Below, piece after piece: positions 59,942-64,000 of a stretch of DNA of 64,000 bases; within the stretch, counting starts at the first letter, position 1; the number at the start of each line of letters is the position of its first letter. The notes beneath the pieces were generated by a model that saw nothing but the letters and a program-made list of their open reading frames with translations, searched no databases and was not told where the DNA came from. The DNA lies in contig CBDBDR010000017.1 in the NCBI GenBank assembly GCA_965203965.1, positions 672,001-736,000 on the forward strand, written 5' to 3'. The DNA is from Thermodesulfobacteriota bacterium (GTDB taxonomy: Bacteria > Desulfobacterota_D > UBA1144 > Nemesobacterales > JAJCZQ01). Both the position numbers and the translations under genes were made by a program.

Positions 59942-60364
59942 CCATTGGTGAATTGAAGATAGAAATTATAGCAAATAACCCACTATTATCAGTTACGTGA
60001 TTAGCAAAAACTCCTAACAGAGGAAAGAAAAAACGGAAGCAACTTAAAATATGGAACATAGCAACCAAACTTAATTACCGATCAATATTTTATGGCTATT
60101 TATATCAGTTTTTTGTGGATTTGACAATTAAATTGAGTAGAAACTTATATAGATCTAAGAGATGAAGTAGATATGAACGATCATTCTCGGTTAAAAAATG
60201 TAAAGCGTTTCTATAATGTTCTTGAAAAATTAGAGTAAAAATTGGAATGTAAAAGTTTCGCAGTGTTGTGGTAATTATATAGTAAAAATAATCCGTACCA
60301 GTGGTATTACAATGTGGATGAAATCATAAACCATATAAACAGATTTAAAGCGAGCCAATAAAAA

Positions 60365-60670
60365 ATGAACTCTGTTAAACTAACCTTTGCAATTGAATCA
60401 AGTACAGGCTTGTGGAACAAGATATTTGAGGGCTTTGATCAGGATACCATCTTAACCTCAAGGTTTGAGGGTAGCTCTCCACAAGTGATTGAAATTCTGT
60501 ATAAATTAGGTGCATCTGTTAAGGGCAAATACAAAAACTGCTCGGTAGAAGATAGAGATTATGGGATAATCATCGGAAAAAAAATTGATGACAACAACCA
60601 GGATCAAGTTAATGGATGGATTGACTTAATGAAAAGTATAAAAAGAGAAATTGTTAATTTTGACTGCTGA
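60365..60670 (+). CDS. Hypothetical protein (101 aa)
   Basis: Clean ORF; no recognised motif. Confidence 0.5.
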   Translation: MNSVKLTFAIESSTGLWNKIFEGFDQDTILTSRFEGSSPQVIEILYKLGASVKGKYKNCSVEDRDYGIIIGKKIDDNNQDQVNGWIDLMKSIKREIVNFDC

Positions 60671-61448
60671 AAACCATATCACCTGCTATTATTTTCTCCA
60701 GACTGCCATTGGTTTTTTCTATGTAGATATAACCATGGCTATCCACTTTTCTTACAACACCACTGATAATCTTCCCGGATACGTCTATTGAAACAAACTC
60801 ATTAAGTTTTCCCCATTCATTTGTCCAATCAGCTACGACGGAGTAAACTCCCTGCCTTAAAAATTTTAGATAACACTCATCAAGGTAGCTTATTAATTTT
60901 GAGGCAACGTATTCCCTGTCAAATTCATTCCCGTTTTCCATTAAAAGTGAGGTTATCTTATCAAGATCACTCGGGAGATTTTTCTCAACAAACTCCTTTG
61001 TCATATTCACATTCAAGCCGATCCCGACAATAATATAATCCAGTTTATCTCCCATCGATTTCATTTCAGTTAGCACCCCTGATACTTTTTTACGGTTTAT
61101 TAATATGTCGTTTGGCCACTTAATTACTGGTATGAAATTGAGGTATCTAAGAGTTTTAACAAGAGCTATGGAAGCAATAAAAGTAAAAACAGGTGAATAA
61201 TGAGGATGAATATCGGGTTTGAACAAAACAGACATGTAGATATTAATCCCATCCGGCGAAAACCAATGTCTGCCCATCCTTCCTCTGCCGGCTGTTTGGA
61301 AGTCTGAGAGCAACACCATCCCATCGTTAAACTCAGAAGATGCAAGTTCCGCCAATTTGGTATTAGTTGAAGAAACACTTTCAAGAACCATTATATCCTT
61401 TCCAACTATCAGGCTTTTTACAAACTCTCTTATCTTTTTTTCATTCAT
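60654..61448 (-). CDS. birA: Biotin--protein ligase (no HTH domain)
   Basis: SSTN, QTAGRGR.GR.W, IKWPND, KVSGVL, GIGLNV. Confidence 0.95.
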   Translation of the reverse strand: MNEKKIREFVKSLIVGKDIMVLESVSSTNTKLAELASSEFNDGMVLLSDFQTAGRGRMGRHWFSPDGINIYMSVLFKPDIHPHYSPVFTFIASIALVKTLRYLNFIPVIKWPNDILINRKKVSGVLTEMKSMGDKLDYIIVGIGLNVNMTKEFVEKNLPSDLDKITSLLMENGNEFDREYVASKLISYLDECYLKFLRQGVYSVVADWTNEWGKLNEFVSIDVSGKIISGVVRKVDSHGYIYIEKTNGSLEKIIAGDMVFSSQN

Positions 61449-61584
61449 GGCAGAAGTTGTATTTTAGGGTCAGGTCTTGTTTTTTTTCTAATAAATCCAA
61501 TTTCTAATACTTCTTGAAGACATCAATATGAACAAATTGACAAAGCTATCTTTTTTAAATACCCTAAATAGTTTGAAATATAAA

Positions 61585-61658
<74 letters not shown>

Positions 61659-61774
61659 CGACGAAACACAATGAACATTCTGATAATTTTGATTAAAGTC
61701 ATCAAATCCATAAATTCTTTTGCATTAGGCGGCTCTGATTTTAATGATCTTAAATATAAGAGAAGGAGAACAAT

Positions 61775-62497
61775 ATGCAGGATCAGATATTTGCTCTTGA
61801 ACAACTTCAAAGCATAGACGTAGAATTAAAAGAGATAGAAAACAACTTAGAAAAATATCCTGAAGAAATCCTAAATATTAACAATGAAATTAAAAACATC
61901 ACCGAATCCATAGCAGATAAAAAAAACTCACTTGAAGAGTTGGAGCAAGTAAAATCCAAAACAGAATCTCAAATACAAGATAACCTGAACTCAATAAAGA
62001 AGAGTGAGGAAAGACTTTTCGAAATAAAAACACATAGAGAATACGAATCACTCCAAAAAGAAATAGCCGAGGCTAAAAGAAACAACTCCCAACTTGAAGA
62101 TCAAATCCTTGTCAAAATGGAAGAAATTGAAAATTTAATGAATGAAATAAGTGAAGAAGAAAAAACCTTTGCTACCCAAAAAGTAGAATATAAAGAAAAA
62201 ATAGATGAATATGAGTTGTTAATTGAGGATATTAAATCAAGGGAAAAACCGATAAAAATAGAAAAAGCAAAAATACTGGAAAAAATAAATAAAATAAATT
62301 CTGATATATTGCCCATATATGAACAGGTTATAAAAAGAAACGGTAAGGCTTTGGCATTGGTGGACAACGAAATGTGCACGGGATGCAATATGAACATACC
62401 ACCCCAACTATATATTCGGGTATTGGCACAAAATGAGATACATCAGTGCCCAAACTGCAAAAAAATTCTTTACTCCACAACCACTAAAGGAGAATAA
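61775..62497 (+). CDS. Coiled-coil / C4 zinc-ribbon protein (DUF164-like)
   Basis: Long coiled coil, CTGC.M.IPPQ...CPNC..IL. Confidence 0.9.
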   Translation: MQDQIFALEQLQSIDVELKEIENNLEKYPEEILNINNEIKNITESIADKKNSLEELEQVKSKTESQIQDNLNSIKKSEERLFEIKTHREYESLQKEIAEAKRNNSQLEDQILVKMEEIENLMNEISEEEKTFATQKVEYKEKIDEYELLIEDIKSREKPIKIEKAKILEKINKINSDILPIYEQVIKRNGKALALVDNEMCTGCNMNIPPQLYIRVLAQNEIHQCPNCKKILYSTTTKGE

Positions 62498-62498
62498 A

Positions 62499-62927
62499 AT
62501 AACCAAATCTTCACCTGATCTATCGCAACCCGTGGATATTTATGTGGACGGAGCTTCAAGGGGAAATCCTGGGGAATCCGGTATAGGTATCCTATTCAAA
62601 GATATTAACAAAGGATTCAAAGAACATAAAAGTTACATAGGTGTCGGCACAAATAATAGAGCTGAATACACGGCACTCATCACTGCACTTGAAATTGCAA
62701 AGAATGAAAAGATAAAGAAAGTCAATGTTTATACCGACTCTCAACTTGTAGCCAACCAGATCAAAAATTCTTGGAAGGTCAAGGATCCAAAAATAAAGAT
62801 ATTATTCAATAAAGCCATGAGTTTGATTAAAAATTTCTCTCACTTCACCATTAAGTATATCAGTCGTGAAAATAACTCTGAAGCTGACAGACTTGCAAAT
62901 GAGGCTATTAATGAATATTCTAGTTAA
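62499..62927 (+). CDS. rnhA: Ribonuclease HI (start uncertain: 62433, 62499 or 62532)
   Basis: YVDGASRGNPG, TNNRAEY, TDSQLV, RENN.EAD.LAN. Confidence 0.88.
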   Translation: MTKSSPDLSQPVDIYVDGASRGNPGESGIGILFKDINKGFKEHKSYIGVGTNNRAEYTALITALEIAKNEKIKKVNVYTDSQLVANQIKNSWKVKDPKIKILFNKAMSLIKNFSHFTIKYISRENNSEADRLANEAINEYSS

Positions 62928-62928
62928 T

Positions 62929-63291
62929 GCGAGTTAACTAAGCAGTCGCTTGCTCAGGCAAGAGGAAAGTCCGAACTTCAAAGGGTAATGCGCTGGTTAA
63001 TAGCCAGGTACCGCAAGGTAACGGAAAGTGCATCAGAAAACATACCGCCTAAGCATGTATATGCCGGTAAGGGTGAAATGGCAGTGTAAGGGACTACCGC
63101 TTTGATCGGTAACGATCATTGGCAAGGCAAACCCCGCATGAAGCAAGGCAAAATAGAGAAACATCTGAAACTTTTGTTTTAGATGGGGCGACCCGTCCCA
63201 TGTTTCCGGGTGTGCCGCTGAAAATATTCAGTAATGAATATTTTAGATGAATGATTGCTCACGACAGAATTCGGCTTACAGGTTAACTCGC
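62929..63291 (+). ncRNA. rnpB: RNase P RNA (type A)
   Basis: GAGGAAAGTCC...ACAGAATTCGGCTTA; terminal GCGAGTTAAC/GTTAACTCGC P1. Confidence 0.96.
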
Positions 63292-63294
63292 TAA

Positions 63295-63744
63295 TTACTT
63301 AACCAATGTTTGTTCATTTGATAATATCAAAGCATTGATCCCGTTATAGAATGTTTCATGCTCTCTAGCCAATGCACCCCAACTTGCTGATCTCCACCAG
63401 ATGTCTTTATTCTTAATTCCAATTTCAATTAACGTTTTCCCATCATTTGAATTTGAAATATAAATAGGATAAAAAGCACCATTGTCCTTAAAGCTAGTCG
63501 GTGTTCCTATTACAATCTGGTGTTTTTCTTTATCAAAATGGGCAATTTCATATTTTCCTTGTTGATTGGCAAAACCAAGAATTAACTTAAAAACATCTTT
63601 AGGAGGTATATTCGTATACAGTTTTTTTAGATTATCTGGTTTTTTCTTAATAGCATCTGACCCTTTTTTGTTTTTCGCAACAGCGAAAGAAATTAAAAGG
63701 GTAACTAAAGCTAGTATCAATGAAAAAATTGTCCCTGAACTCAT
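63295..63744 (-). CDS. Hypothetical membrane-anchored protein
   Basis: N-terminal TM helix from ATG 63744. Confidence 0.65.
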   Translation of the reverse strand: MSSGTIFSLILALVTLLISFAVAKNKKGSDAIKKKPDNLKKLYTNIPPKDVFKLILGFANQQGKYEIAHFDKEKHQIVIGTPTSFKDNGAFYPIYISNSNDGKTLIEIGIKNKDIWWRSASWGALAREHETFYNGINALILSNEQTLVK

Positions 63745-63776
63745 TTCAAATATTTTTCTCACCCATTTAAAAATTC

Positions 63777-64000
63777 TTACCCAAAACAACTTTTTAAAAA
63801 ACTCTTTAAATTGTAAAATTGATCACTATCAAAATCAAATATTTTCCAACAGTCCTTTTCTTTATCTTTATTATATTCTAATCCCACCGCTTCCCAATAA
63901 GCATAAAGTTTGGATTTAGAAGATAGCTCTTTATTTATACATTTTTCATAAGTTTCAAAACAAACTATTTTAGGGTCATCTGACTTTAGGGTACTTAAAA
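63777..64000 (-). CDS. C-terminal part of a DUF3226-like protein (partial)
   Basis: Open frame from window end: ...KSKLYAYW...WKIFDFDS..F.NLKSFL...*. Confidence 0.5.
   Translation of the reverse strand, partial: LSTLKSDDPKIVCFETYEKCINKELSSKSKLYAYWEAVGLEYNKDKEKDCWKIFDFDSDQFYNLKSFLKSCFG

Noticed and set aside
63070..63220. Apparent loss of the CCA-binding GGU in RNase P RNA
   Set aside because: The variant loop is L13; the L15 GGU (CCGGGTG near 63206) is present

Overview
This is a compact, AT-rich bacterial chromosome segment, mostly housekeeping: tig-clpP-clpX, gyrA, rsmD/coaD, hom, rnc, glnB-glnA, nuoJKL, nth, cysS, birA, rnhA, seven tRNAs, RNase P RNA, and a cobalamin riboswitch in front of a BtuB-like receptor. 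The deltaproteobacterial-type genes plus cofD and luciferase-like oxidoreductases suggest a Desulfobacterota/Dadabacteria-like organism; that is inference only. Single-gene and small defence insertions are scattered through it: an orphan DNA methyltransferase behind tRNA-Ser, a GmrSD-type DUF262/DUF1524 nuclease, a type III R-M operon, an N4C-type methyltransferase splitting rsmD-coaD, hicAB, and a DUF3226-like fragment at the right edge. The most striking observation is a HEPN (RxxxxH) putative RNase gene embedded between type III mod and res. It is split by a single -1 frameshift exactly at an in-frame U-UUU-UUA slippery heptamer (T6 tract), and its stop overlaps the res start. It is a candidate frameshift- or phase-controlled guard toxin for a type III R-M system, but an assembly indel cannot be excluded. 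All family assignments come from motif recognition by eye; no searches were run.
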